Shown here: piece after piece, positions 35,943 to 44,474 of the stretch
How the letters are laid out: each line of letters starts with the position of its first letter
Numbering within the stretch: position 1 is the first letter of the stretch
DNA from: Bryobacterales bacterium
GTDB taxonomy: Bacteria; Acidobacteriota; Terriglobia; Bryobacterales; UBA6623
Length of the DNA stretch: 64,000 nucleotides
Direction: 5' to 3'
Assembly: GCA_965263255.1 (NCBI GenBank)
Contig: CBDHHA010000008.1
Span: forward strand, 1,916,510-1,980,509
Notes under the pieces: model-generated
What the model was told of the DNA's origin: nothing
What the model saw: only the letters and a program-made list of their open reading frames with translations
Database searches by the model: none
Made by a program: the position numbers and the translations under genes

Positions 35943-36956
35943 TCATGCCCGCCGATAGCGGCTCGCCAAGTACTCTTCGACCCAGCGGCGCGAGCTGCGC
36001 CAGTGGCCGTCAGGCCCTCTGGTGGCTTTGAGGCGGCCCCGCTCGGCCGCGGCACGCAACGCCGGAGCCTTGATGCCGGGCATCTCCAGGGCTGCCAGCG
36101 GCACGAGCCTGGCGGGGCCGGCCACAGCCGGAATGACGAACCGATGAAGACTGCTGAGAACCGCGCGTGCCAGCATCTCTCCGAGAAGGCTGGGTTCACC
36201 CGCATCCGCACGGCGCAATGCGTGAAGGTACCTGCTTCGGTCGCGCTTGAGGATAATCGCCGGCGGATAGCCGAGGCGGACCAGAACCAGGTTGAGAACT
36301 AGGCGTCCGGCCCTGCCGTTGCCGTCCAGAAAGGGATGAATCTGCTCGAACCGGCAGTGAGTCTCCGCCAGGGCCTCGGGGAACCTAGTGTCCACTGCGT
36401 CAAGGGCATTCACCCGGTCAACCCACGCCGTCATCTCCGCAGGGACCAAAGGCCATGACACCGGCGTCATGCCCCGAGGGAACGAATGGATCTCATGTTC
36501 GCGGAAGTTGCCCGGTGCTTCGCGTGCAGTCGCGCTTGGATGCGGTGCCACCTGCCAGACTGGCGACAAGGCCTTGTGGTGCACCCGTCGCACTTCCTCC
36601 AGCGTCAGAACCCTCCCAGGACTTGCCAGGCCCGCAGGGCTGATCGCCTGACGGTAGATCCAGTCCGCCGCATCGGCGTAGCCGCGAACCTCCATGTACT
36701 CGCTGAGGTCCTTGTTGCCTACCGCCTTCCCTTCGTCGAGGAGCCTCTCGACCTGCTTCAGGACCAAGGTATTGCCCTCGATGGCAGTCGAGTGATGAGC
36801 CTCCTCGTACCAGATGTCGCGCCAGATACCCTCGGCCTCGACGGGACTCGGCAGGCCGCCCATGCGCTCCCTCAGCTCCAGGATCTGGATCTCGAGCTGC
36901 TGGTAGATCGCGACGCGACGGGGCCTACCACGACTTGGCCGAAAGTGTTCGCTCAT
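35943..36956 (-). CDS. Fic family protein (AMPylase-type), class II with an N-terminal inhibitory motif
   Basis: Fic active-site motif HPFLDGNGRAGR. Inhibitory (S/T)xxxE(G/N) motif STAIEGN at nt 36774-36791. Confidence 0.9.
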   Translation of the reverse strand: MSEHFRPSRGRPRRVAIYQQLEIQILELRERMGGLPSPVEAEGIWRDIWYEEAHHSTAIEGNTLVLKQVERLLDEGKAVGNKDLSEYMEVRGYADAADWIYRQAISPAGLASPGRVLTLEEVRRVHHKALSPVWQVAPHPSATAREAPGNFREHEIHSFPRGMTPVSWPLVPAEMTAWVDRVNALDAVDTRFPEALAETHCRFEQIHPFLDGNGRAGRLVLNLVLVRLGYPPAIILKRDRSRYLHALRRADAGEPSLLGEMLARAVLSSLHRFVIPAVAGPARLVPLAALEMPGIKAPALRAAAERGRLKATRGPDGHWRSSRRWVEEYLASRYRRA

Positions 36957-37311
36957 GGAAAACTAATGCTACCGAACATTTTGGCAGTTTGTCGAGTCGG
37001 GGCGAAATGAATGAAATCGAACATTCGACGGTGCTTCGAGAAGCATTGCCGGCCGTGCGCACCTGCGGGAACGCCACTTCAGGGAGCCTAATCCGGACGG
37101 CGACATTCCTGATAGATGTCGGCACCTGCCAAGCCTTGCCGGGACGGGTAGGGCATGACTCGTCTCCGCCGGGAGCCTTGCGAGACCATGCCGCCCGGCC
37201 CCGGCACACATGATAGGCTGGGGCCTGAGGCATCGGGGGCTGCCTCGTCCCAATCCCTCTCGCCCGGCTCGCCTTGCCGGCCGAGCCCCCACCCTAACCG
37301 AGCCCTGACCA

Positions 37312-38598
37312 ATGTCTGCGATAACCAGCCTGCATGCCCTAGAGATCCTCGATTCCCGGGGAAATCCCACCGTCCAGGTGGACGTGTGCCTGGCATCGGG
37401 TGCGACGGGGACTGCCCGCGTGCCGTCCGGTGCTTCGACCGGAATCAACGAAGCGGTCGAGTTGCGGGACGGTGACCCATCCCGGTACCTCGGCAAAGGC
37501 GTCCGCAACGCGGTTGCGAACGTCAACACGGAAATCCTGCTTGCCCTGCAGGGAGTCGAGGCCAGCGACCAACGAAACGTCGACGAGATGATGATCCGCC
37601 TCGACGGGACCGCGAACAAGGGCCGCCTGGGAGCGAACGCCATTCTCGGAGTCTCGATTGCCGTGGCCCGAGCGATGTCCGCTGAAGAAGGCGTACCCCT
37701 GTACCGGCGGCTCGAGAGCGCGGACAGCTATGTGCTGCCGGTGCCGATGTTCAACATCATGAACGGCGGCCAGCACGCCGACAACAACGTGGACATCCAG
37801 GAGTTCATGATCCTCCCGATCGGGTTACCGACCTTCTCGGAGGCATTGCGGGCCGCAACCGAGACCTTCCACGGTCTCAAGGCCATCCTCAAGTCCAAGA
37901 ACTACGGAACTGCTGTCGGGGACGAAGGCGGATTCGCCCCGGAACTGAAGTCGAACGAGGAACCCATGGAACTCCTGGTTGAGGCCATCGAACGCGCCGG
38001 GTACAAGCCAGGCGAGCAGATCTTCATCGGCCTGGACGCCGCGGCGAGCGAGTTCTGCAAGGACGGGCAGTATGTGTTCGACCAGTCGGACGGCAGTCAA
38101 CGCGACGCGGAAGGCATGACCGACATGTGGGATGCCTGGGCGGCGAAGTATCCGCTGATCTCGCTGGAGGACGGATTCTCGGAAGTCGATCACAAGGGCT
38201 GGAAGTCAGGCACCGCACGGCTGGGCGGGAAGCTCCAGCTCGTCGGAGACGACCTCTTCGTGACGAATCCGGACATCTTCCAGTCCGGCATCGCAGATGG
38301 CCTGGCCAATTCGATTCTCATCAAGCTGAACCAGATCGGGACGGTCACCGAGACCCTGGACTGCATCCGGCTGGCCCGCGAGAACGGCTACACATTCATC
38401 ATTTCGCACAGGTCGGGCGAGACATCGGATACGACAATCTCCGATCTGGCCGTGGCGTGCGGCGGAGGCCAGATCAAGACGGGCTCGACCTGCCGCAGCG
38501 ACCGCGTCGCCAAGTACAACCGCCTCCTGGAAATCGAGGCCGAACTTGGAGCCGGTGCCGCTTACGCCGGAGCGGAGGCATTCCGGACATGGTTGTAG
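37312..38598 (+). CDS. eno: Enolase (phosphopyruvate hydratase)
   Basis: [25 protein letters not shown]...GASTG..EA.ELRDG...[17 protein letters not shown]...IKTGS; 428 aa. Confidence 0.96.
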   Translation: MSAITSLHALEILDSRGNPTVQVDVCLASGATGTARVPSGASTGINEAVELRDGDPSRYLGKGVRNAVANVNTEILLALQGVEASDQRNVDEMMIRLDGTANKGRLGANAILGVSIAVARAMSAEEGVPLYRRLESADSYVLPVPMFNIMNGGQHADNNVDIQEFMILPIGLPTFSEALRAATETFHGLKAILKSKNYGTAVGDEGGFAPELKSNEEPMELLVEAIERAGYKPGEQIFIGLDAAASEFCKDGQYVFDQSDGSQRDAEGMTDMWDAWAAKYPLISLEDGFSEVDHKGWKSGTARLGGKLQLVGDDLFVTNPDIFQSGIADGLANSILIKLNQIGTVTETLDCIRLARENGYTFIISHRSGETSDTTISDLAVACGGGQIKTGSTCRSDRVAKYNRLLEIEAELGAGAAYAGAEAFRTWL

Positions 38599-38638
38599 GC
38601 CGGCCCTCGACCTGGATGCGTGGGGGCGGAGCCGCTTA

Positions 38639-38665
38639 GGGCGGGCGATTTAATAACTTAGTCAG
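38639..38665 (+). repeat. Left terminal inverted repeat of the IS
   Basis: GGGCGGGCGATTTAATAACTTAGTCAG compared with the reverse complement of the right end, GGGGGAGCGCAGAAATAACTTA-TCAG. Confidence 0.55.
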
Positions 38666-38856
38666 ATAACCCGCTATTCTGCCATTGAGTGTCCTTGTTC
38701 AACGGCGATTTTGGAGTCTCACAGCCATCTGACAGGTGATTGCACCTCCCTCCCGGCGGTCTGCTGGTACGATACGGGGGATTTTGTCGTCCCCTGACCC
38801 TCTTAATGGCAATATCCGTGCCCAATAGTCGTTATTATGACGTTTAGGGGGCAGGC

Positions 38857-39612
38857 ATGAGAACCGCAACCTTCACCACTCAGACCGTCATCACCTTGCT
38901 GCGCAAGCGGACCGTCGCACCGCTGGCGGATTTCCTGGAGGCCTTCGGCTCGGCCAGTCGGCGCACCGTCTGCCGCAAGCTGGCGGCGGCGGGCTGCCGC
39001 TCCAGTTACTCCCATGGCGGCCGCTATTACACCCTCGACGAGTTGGCTGCCTATGACCGCCACGGGCTGTGGGCCTGGGAGGGGATCCGCTTCTCGCGGG
39101 CCGGGACTCTGCTGGCCACCGCCGAGGCGTTGGTCGAGCAGGCGCCTGCTGGGCGCTTCTCCGACGAGCTGGGCCGCATCGTCGGAGTCGACGTGCAGGA
39201 CGTGCTGCGCAAGCTGGTTCAAGCCGGCCGCTTGGAGCGCGAGAAGCTCGCGGGCCGTTACTGGTACTCGTCCCCCGCATTGCAGCGGCGCCAAAGGCAG
39301 TTGCGGGCGCGACGGGTGATGCTGGCGGAAGGAGTGGGACGGCCGTCCCCGGACAGCGATGACGAGCAGATCCGGGAAGCGGCGGGAACGCTGCTGAGCG
39401 TGCTCGACGAGCGCCAGCGCCGGCTGTACGCCGGCCTGGAATCGCTGCGCCACGGGCGGGGCGGCGACGCGCGGGTCGCCGCACAGCTGGGCATGGCCCC
39501 GGCGACCGTGTCCAAGGGCCGCCGCCAGTTGCTGAGCGGGGACTTCGAGACCCAGCGGGCGCGCAAGCCCGGCGGCGGGCGCAAGGCGCTCGAAAAAAAA
39601 AGCCCGCAGTGA
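38857..39612 (+). CDS. ISAzo13-family transposase, upstream frame (HTH/N-terminal part)
   Basis: ...LDERQRRLYAGLESLRHGRGGDARVAAQLGMAPATVSKGRRQL...RKPGGGRKALEKK is the typical N-terminal region of ISAzo13 transposases. The frame ends 9 nt after the A9 run. Confidence 0.75.
   Translation: MRTATFTTQTVITLLRKRTVAPLADFLEAFGSASRRTVCRKLAAAGCRSSYSHGGRYYTLDELAAYDRHGLWAWEGIRFSRAGTLLATAEALVEQAPAGRFSDELGRIVGVDVQDVLRKLVQAGRLEREKLAGRYWYSSPALQRRQRQLRARRVMLAEGVGRPSPDSDDEQIREAAGTLLSVLDERQRRLYAGLESLRHGRGGDARVAAQLGMAPATVSKGRRQLLSGDFETQRARKPGGGRKALEKKSPQ
39593..39601 (+). other. A9 slippery run at the frame junction (candidate programmed -1 frameshift or transcriptional slippage site, or else a frameshift mutation)
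   Basis: cgAAAAAAAAAgcc. Frame 0 reads GAA AAA AAA AGC ... TGA. The -1 frame reads CGA AAA AAA AAG CCC GCA GTG and continues into the DDE domain. Confidence 0.5.
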
Positions 39613-40553
39613 CCGCGGTGCTCGCCGACCTGCTGCGTCACGACACGGCCGGCGACCCCTGTTCCGGCCTGCGCTGGACCCGCCGCACTACTCGCAACCT
39701 CGCCGACTGCCTCAGCGAGGTGCTCGACATCGCCGTCTGTCCGCGCACCGTCGCCCGGCTGCTGCGCAGTATGGGCTTCTCGCTGCGCGTGAACCGCAAG
39801 TGCATCCCGTCCACCTCCCCCGCCGAGCGCAACGCTCAGTTCACGTTCATTGACCGCTTGCGGCAGGACTGTGAGCACAACAACATCCCCGTAATCAGCA
39901 TTGATTCGAAGAAGAAAGAGCTGGTCGGCCGCTTCCGCAATGCCGGGGTCCGCTGGGAACGCGAGCCCGTCCCGGTCAACGATCACGACTTCCGCTCCCA
40001 TGCCAGCGGTCTGGCCGTCCCCTACGGCATCTATGACACGCTCGCCAACCGCGGCTTCGTCCGCGTTGGCGTCTCCTCCGACACTCCCTTCTTCGCTGTC
40101 GACAACCTCGCCGCCTGGTGGACCGCCGAAGGACTCTCCCGCTACCCTCACGCCTCCCGGCTCGTCCTGCTTGCCGATTGCGGCGGGAGCAACTCCTGCC
40201 GCGCCCGGGCCTGGAAATACGCCCTCCAGCACCGCTTCTGCAACATATTCCGCCTCAAGGTGACGGTCGCCCACTATCCCGCCGGCTGCTCCAAATGGAA
40301 TCCGATCGAGCACCGCCTCTTCAGCGAGATCAGCCGCAACTGGTCCGGCTGCCCCCTCGAGTCCTTCGATCTGATCCTCAACTACATCAACTCAACTTCC
40401 ACTCGCACAGGCCTCAAGGTCACTTCCCAGCTCAACTCCAACCAATACGAAACCGGCATCCAAATCTCCGACGCCCAGATGGCCGCGATCAAGCTCACTC
40501 CCAACCAGCACATCCCCAAGTGGAATTACACGATCTCCCCCCTGCCATGCTGA
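39609..40553 (+). CDS. ISAzo13-family transposase, downstream (-1) frame carrying the DDE catalytic domain
   Basis: GDPCSGLRWTRRTTRNLA...ISIDSKKKELVGRFRNAG...VNDHDF...PYGIYD...LLADCGGSN...HYPAGCSKWNPIEHRLFS matches DDE_Tnp_ISAZ013. The -1 frame is open back through the A9 run. Confidence 0.8.
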   Translation: MTAVLADLLRHDTAGDPCSGLRWTRRTTRNLADCLSEVLDIAVCPRTVARLLRSMGFSLRVNRKCIPSTSPAERNAQFTFIDRLRQDCEHNNIPVISIDSKKKELVGRFRNAGVRWEREPVPVNDHDFRSHASGLAVPYGIYDTLANRGFVRVGVSSDTPFFAVDNLAAWWTAEGLSRYPHASRLVLLADCGGSNSCRARAWKYALQHRFCNIFRLKVTVAHYPAGCSKWNPIEHRLFSEISRNWSGCPLESFDLILNYINSTSTRTGLKVTSQLNSNQYETGIQISDAQMAAIKLTPNQHIPKWNYTISPLPC

Positions 40554-40575
40554 TAAGTTATTTCTGCGCTCCCCC
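40550..40575 (-). repeat. Right terminal inverted repeat of the IS
   Basis: See the left-repeat entry. Alignment done by eye. Confidence 0.55.
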
Positions 40576-41033
40576 TTAATTCGCATTCCCGGAGCCGCTC
40601 GTTTCCGCACCGGAATCCCCATCGACACGAGGCGACCGGCCGGAAACGGAGTCCGGTGCGCTTTGCTCCGCATGCGCAAAACTCGTCATGAATCGGCCAT
40701 GAAGAACGGAATCTCGCCCGATCGCTCTTTCCCCTGCAGTGCCCTCTGCGCTGATCGAGGACCGCTGGCTCCTCGACACGGCAGGCCCGGCGCTTCGGGC
40801 CACTGGCGAGGGCGTCGCGACCTGCAGGAGGCAGAGCCAGACAAGGCCACGCGAACCATCAACTGGCAGGGAGCGATTGCGACGGGTCCAAGTCGGGAGG
40901 AGTCGGGGATCCGTTTCGCAGGCTCCGGCCGCATCGCGCGCTGGAGCGCCGGCTCATCCACCCCCCGTGGACGGGGAATCGGAGACCAGCGCGGCGTGTG
41001 GAACAATGGAGGGGAAGGTTCTTGGAGACGAAA

Positions 41034-42962
41034 GTGAGTTCGGAAGCCCCAGAGTTGCCTATCGGGCTGCCCGAGGAAGGCAGCGAATCCGAAATCGAGC
41101 AACCGCCGGTCGCTAGCGAAGAGGCTGATCAGGCGCCAGCCATTGCGGAGAGCGAACCGGAGGAAGCCGCTGCGGCTCCCCCGGAGCCGCCCGCCGCGCC
41201 GGAAGCGCAGTCGGCCGAGCCAGCCATTCCGGGCGCACCGGGCATGCCAGCAATGCCCGGCGAAGCGGCCGGAGTCGGTGATGGAGCCGATGACGACGAT
41301 TTCGAGATTCCCGAGGACGTCGCGTACCCATCCATCGTCAGGACCAAGGACAAGCCAGCCCCAGTTCGAACCGAGGGATTCTCGGATCCTCTCCAAGGCG
41401 TGATCGTCGGGAAGCGGGACGATGGCTTCTTCGTCGATATCGGCCGCAAGTCGGAAGCCTTCCTGCCGGTCGACCCGCAATCTGACACAGCGGAGGAATT
41501 CGAAATCGGCCAGCGGATCGAAGCGCTTGTCGTCGGGCAGTCCCGCGAGGGCTACGCGCTGCTGACCCATCTCCACTCGCAGAGGCCCAAGGGCTGGGCC
41601 CAGCTGGAAGCCGCCTACCATGCGGGAGCAAGCGTGCTGGGGAAAGTGACAGGCACCATCAAGGGCGGCCTGTCGGTCGACGTTGGCGTCCGGGCTTTCA
41701 TGCCGGCATCCCGATCCGGCGAGCGGACGGAGGAAGGTCTTCAGGCACTCGTGGGCGAGCAGATCCACGCCAAGATCGTGCAGTTCGACGAGGCTGACCG
41801 AAATGTGGTCCTCGACCGTCGCACCCTGATCGAGGAGGAGCGAGCCGAGAGCAGGGAGCGGCTCCTCGCAGAGCTCAAGCGGGGCGACCGGGTGCCGGGC
41901 ACGGTCCGAACTCTCCGCAAGTTCGGCGCGTTCGTCGATCTGGGCGGGATCGACGGACTCCTGCATGTCAGCGACATCTCCTGGCAGCGCGTCAACGACC
42001 CGGCGGACGTATTGAGGGTCGGCCAGCAACTCGAGGTCGAGATTCTCAAGGTCGACCAGAAAGCGAAGCGCATCGGGGTCGGTCTCAAGCAGCTGCAGCC
42101 GGAACCGTGGAGTTCCGTGGGCGAGCAGTTCCAGGTGAATGACCGCATCCGGGGAAAGGTGACCCGGCTCAAGGATTTCGGTGCGTTCGTGGAGGTACTG
42201 CCGGGCATCGAGGGCTTGGTGCACATTTCGGACATGTCCTACTCGCGACGGGTCCGCCATCCCAGTGAGATCGTGAAGGCAGGCGACGTCGTCGAGGTCA
42301 TGGTGCTCGACATCAAGCCGCAGCAGAAACGGATCGCGCTCGGGCTCAAGCAGGCAATGGGCGATCCCTGGGAACGCGTGGTGGAATCCCACCCGGTCGG
42401 AAGCCCGGTGACCGGGACAGTCCGCAAGATCATGAGCTTCGGGGCGTTCGTGGAGGTCGTCGAGGGAGTCGACGGACTCCTCCACATTTCCGACATCACG
42501 TCGGAGCGGCGCCTGAACAGTCCCGCGGAAGTGCTGCGCGAGGGGGACAAGGTCCGGGTCAAGATCCTGGAAGTCGACACGAAGAAACGAAGGCTCAAGG
42601 TCGGCATGAAGCAGCTCGAGCCGACGGAGACGGAAACGTTCCTGGCACAAGTCGAGGTCGGGGAGACGATCAGCGGTCGCGTCTTGGAGACGCAGGGGAA
42701 CGAAGCAATCGTCGAGATCGGTGCGGGGGTGCGCGGCGTGTGTTCGATGGAAGACCCCAAGGCCCACGCCAAGAAGGACACGCCATTGGGGCAGACTTCG
42801 GACCTCTCGTCACTGAAGACCATGCTGGAGTCTGCGTGGAAGGGCGACGGGGACGGGGACGAAGCGGACACCAGCGAGCCGTTGACTCCCGGCTCCGTGC
42901 ATTCGTTCCGGATCACCAAGCTGGATCCGGAGAACGGCGCGATCGAACTGGCGAGAGCCTGA
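41034..42962 (+). CDS. rpsA: 30S ribosomal protein S1
   Basis: Six S1-type OB repeats (for example GKVTGTIKGGLSVDVGVRAFMPAS, GTVRTLRKFGAFVDLGGIDGLLHVSDISW, GKVTRLKDFGAFVEVLPGIEGLVHISDMS, GTVRKIMSFGAFVEVVEGVDGLLHISDIT). I prefer the GTG at 41034, which has GGAGA 5 nt upstream. The track start at 40998 is also possible. Confidence 0.9.
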   Translation: MSSEAPELPIGLPEEGSESEIEQPPVASEEADQAPAIAESEPEEAAAAPPEPPAAPEAQSAEPAIPGAPGMPAMPGEAAGVGDGADDDDFEIPEDVAYPSIVRTKDKPAPVRTEGFSDPLQGVIVGKRDDGFFVDIGRKSEAFLPVDPQSDTAEEFEIGQRIEALVVGQSREGYALLTHLHSQRPKGWAQLEAAYHAGASVLGKVTGTIKGGLSVDVGVRAFMPASRSGERTEEGLQALVGEQIHAKIVQFDEADRNVVLDRRTLIEEERAESRERLLAELKRGDRVPGTVRTLRKFGAFVDLGGIDGLLHVSDISWQRVNDPADVLRVGQQLEVEILKVDQKAKRIGVGLKQLQPEPWSSVGEQFQVNDRIRGKVTRLKDFGAFVEVLPGIEGLVHISDMSYSRRVRHPSEIVKAGDVVEVMVLDIKPQQKRIALGLKQAMGDPWERVVESHPVGSPVTGTVRKIMSFGAFVEVVEGVDGLLHISDITSERRLNSPAEVLREGDKVRVKILEVDTKKRRLKVGMKQLEPTETETFLAQVEVGETISGRVLETQGNEAIVEIGAGVRGVCSMEDPKAHAKKDTPLGQTSDLSSLKTMLESAWKGDGDGDEADTSEPLTPGSVHSFRITKLDPENGAIELARA

Positions 42963-43246
42963 TTCCACCAGCGCCAGTTGGCGGCGCGCACCAGTTCGAT
43001 TTCAGCCCGAGTTCGAAACCAAGGCCGGCCCGGCCTGGCGCAAGACCTGGAGACCGATACGCAAGGCCAGGGCCTCGAGGCCTTCCACCAGACGGACCGG
43101 ATCGCGCTACGCCCGGGAAATGGCGTGTCGATCAGTCCGAACGGGCCCGGCTGGTACAGCCCTGCTATTCCCGGGCACCCACCCTAGCCGGTCCGGGCGT
43201 GGATTCGACGCTGGCGGAGTGCGGCGATCGCCTAGGCGAATCCGCA

Positions 43247-43269
43247 GCAGGCCCCGAGGCGGGGCCTGC
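43247..43269. terminator. Perfect 10-bp GC-rich hairpin between convergent rpsA and the Gly-rich protein gene (possible bidirectional terminator)
   Basis: GCAGGCCCCG-agg-CGGGGCCTGC, 5 nt past the stop of the minus-strand gene. No U-tract on either strand, so confidence is low. Confidence 0.35.
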
Positions 43270-43274
43270 AAGGC

Positions 43275-44222
43275 CTACAAGGCGAGCTCGCCCTTGTAGA
43301 CCATGTCCTTGAGACGGAACTTCCTCTTGATTTCCTTGCCGAACAGCATCATTGCAGCGCGCTGGCCAGCTCCCCCGGGACGCTGGCCGGCACCCTGGCC
43401 GCCCTGCCCCTGACCGCCGCCTTGGCCAGCTGCGGGTCGCTGCCCGCCGCCGCCCTGCCCGCCGCCGCCCTGCCGGTTGCCGCCTTGTCCCCGGGCCCGG
43501 CCGCCGCCTTGCGGGCGCTCCAGCTTGAAGTAGAACTCCACTTCCTTGTCGGAGATCTCAATAGGATCGTTCTTCACGAAGTAGTACCGGAAGACGCCGC
43601 TCCCCTGGGCACCGACCTCGACTTTCGCTGGGTAGATGTCGTCTTTGCCCTTCCTGCGAAGCCGGGCGGTCGTGGCAAGCCGCTCCGGCTCCTCCTCGAA
43701 CCTGACTGCCAGGGCTGTCGGAATTCCCTCGACATTCACTACGTAGTAATCGATCTCATTGTCGAGGTACTGCTGCATCTCGGGCGTCATCTCGGTGCTC
43801 TCGCCCATCCGGTACTTCACCTTGGCATGCTTGACCGGCATTGCCTCGTCGAAGCGGATCAGCAACGAGAGCATGGGCATCCCCGGGTTCTGTGCGCCAG
43901 CGCCGCCGAAGCCGCCGCCACCGCCTCCGCCTCCGCGGCCACCGCCTCCGCCACCACCGCCTCCGCCAGGAGCGCCGCCGCCCCGTCGGCCGCCGCCAGC
44001 ACCGCCGGTGCTGCGGAGCATGGCCATGGCGTCAGCGCCAGAGACCGTGACTTTCTTGGCCCAAGGCGAGTTCTCGAAGGTCCGCTGTACTTCCTTATCG
44101 GACCACTGGGTGAATTCCTTCTTGTCCCAGAACCCGGCACCCCACAAGGTGGCAGTGAGCACGATGGCTCCCAAGGCCAGCCTCATCACGGCCCGGGCGT
44201 TGAATCTAGGTGTGGCTTGCAT
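43275..44222 (-). CDS. Secreted or membrane-anchored protein with two Gly-rich low-complexity tracts (hypothetical)
   Basis: ATG at 44222 with GGGGG 5 nt upstream. Signal/TM helix LALGAIVLTATLWGAGF. The structured segments are of normal complexity (FTQWSDKEVQRTFENSPWAKKVTV; ...YYVVNVEGIPTALAVRFEEEPE...), which argues that this strand is coding. Confidence 0.6.
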   Translation of the reverse strand: MQATPRFNARAVMRLALGAIVLTATLWGAGFWDKKEFTQWSDKEVQRTFENSPWAKKVTVSGADAMAMLRSTGGAGGGRRGGGAPGGGGGGGGGGRGGGGGGGGFGGAGAQNPGMPMLSLLIRFDEAMPVKHAKVKYRMGESTEMTPEMQQYLDNEIDYYVVNVEGIPTALAVRFEEEPERLATTARLRRKGKDDIYPAKVEVGAQGSGVFRYYFVKNDPIEISDKEVEFYFKLERPQGGGRARGQGGNRQGGGGQGGGGQRPAAGQGGGQGQGGQGAGQRPGGAGQRAAMMLFGKEIKRKFRLKDMVYKGELAL

Positions 44223-44474
44223 GTTACCCCCAATAGGCAAAGGCGAACCGCCCCGCGCGCTGGGTTACCGATTCAGGGTAGATTCTGGCGGCTCGGCAGA
44301 TCCAGCCGCCTCAAACCCAGTCGGCGGACCCAACGCCCCTGCGCAACGGCTCGTAGCGGTCACCACTCTAGCACACGGCACGTGACCACAGAGGCCCGGA
44401 GAATTGGGGCCGCAGCCTGTGAATCCGGACGATTCGGGCCGTCGAAGCCCGTGATATCGTTGGGTTTTCCGTCC

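Larger units (their letters stand above)
38639..40575 (+). mobile_element. ISAzo13-family insertion sequence, apparently complete (about 1.94 kb)
   Basis: Imperfect terminal inverted repeats (about 20 of 27 positions match, core AATAACTTA) at 38639-38665 and 40550-40575. TTA lies immediately outside both ends (38636-38638, 40576-40578). An AT-rich 5' leader precedes a two-frame transposase gene. Confidence 0.75.

Noticed and set aside
40686-42767. 693-aa ORF on the minus strand
   Set aside because: It lies exactly antisense to rpsA. Its sequence is Arg/Asp/Leu/Pro-rich with no motifs, while the plus strand encodes six textbook S1 repeats. This is a high-GC shadow ORF.
43422-44474. 351-codon N-terminal extension of the hisS ORF
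   Set aside because: It is the antisense reading of the Gly-rich protein gene (Ala/Pro-rich, the complement of the GGC repeats). A proper HisRS N-terminus starts at the ATG at 44475.
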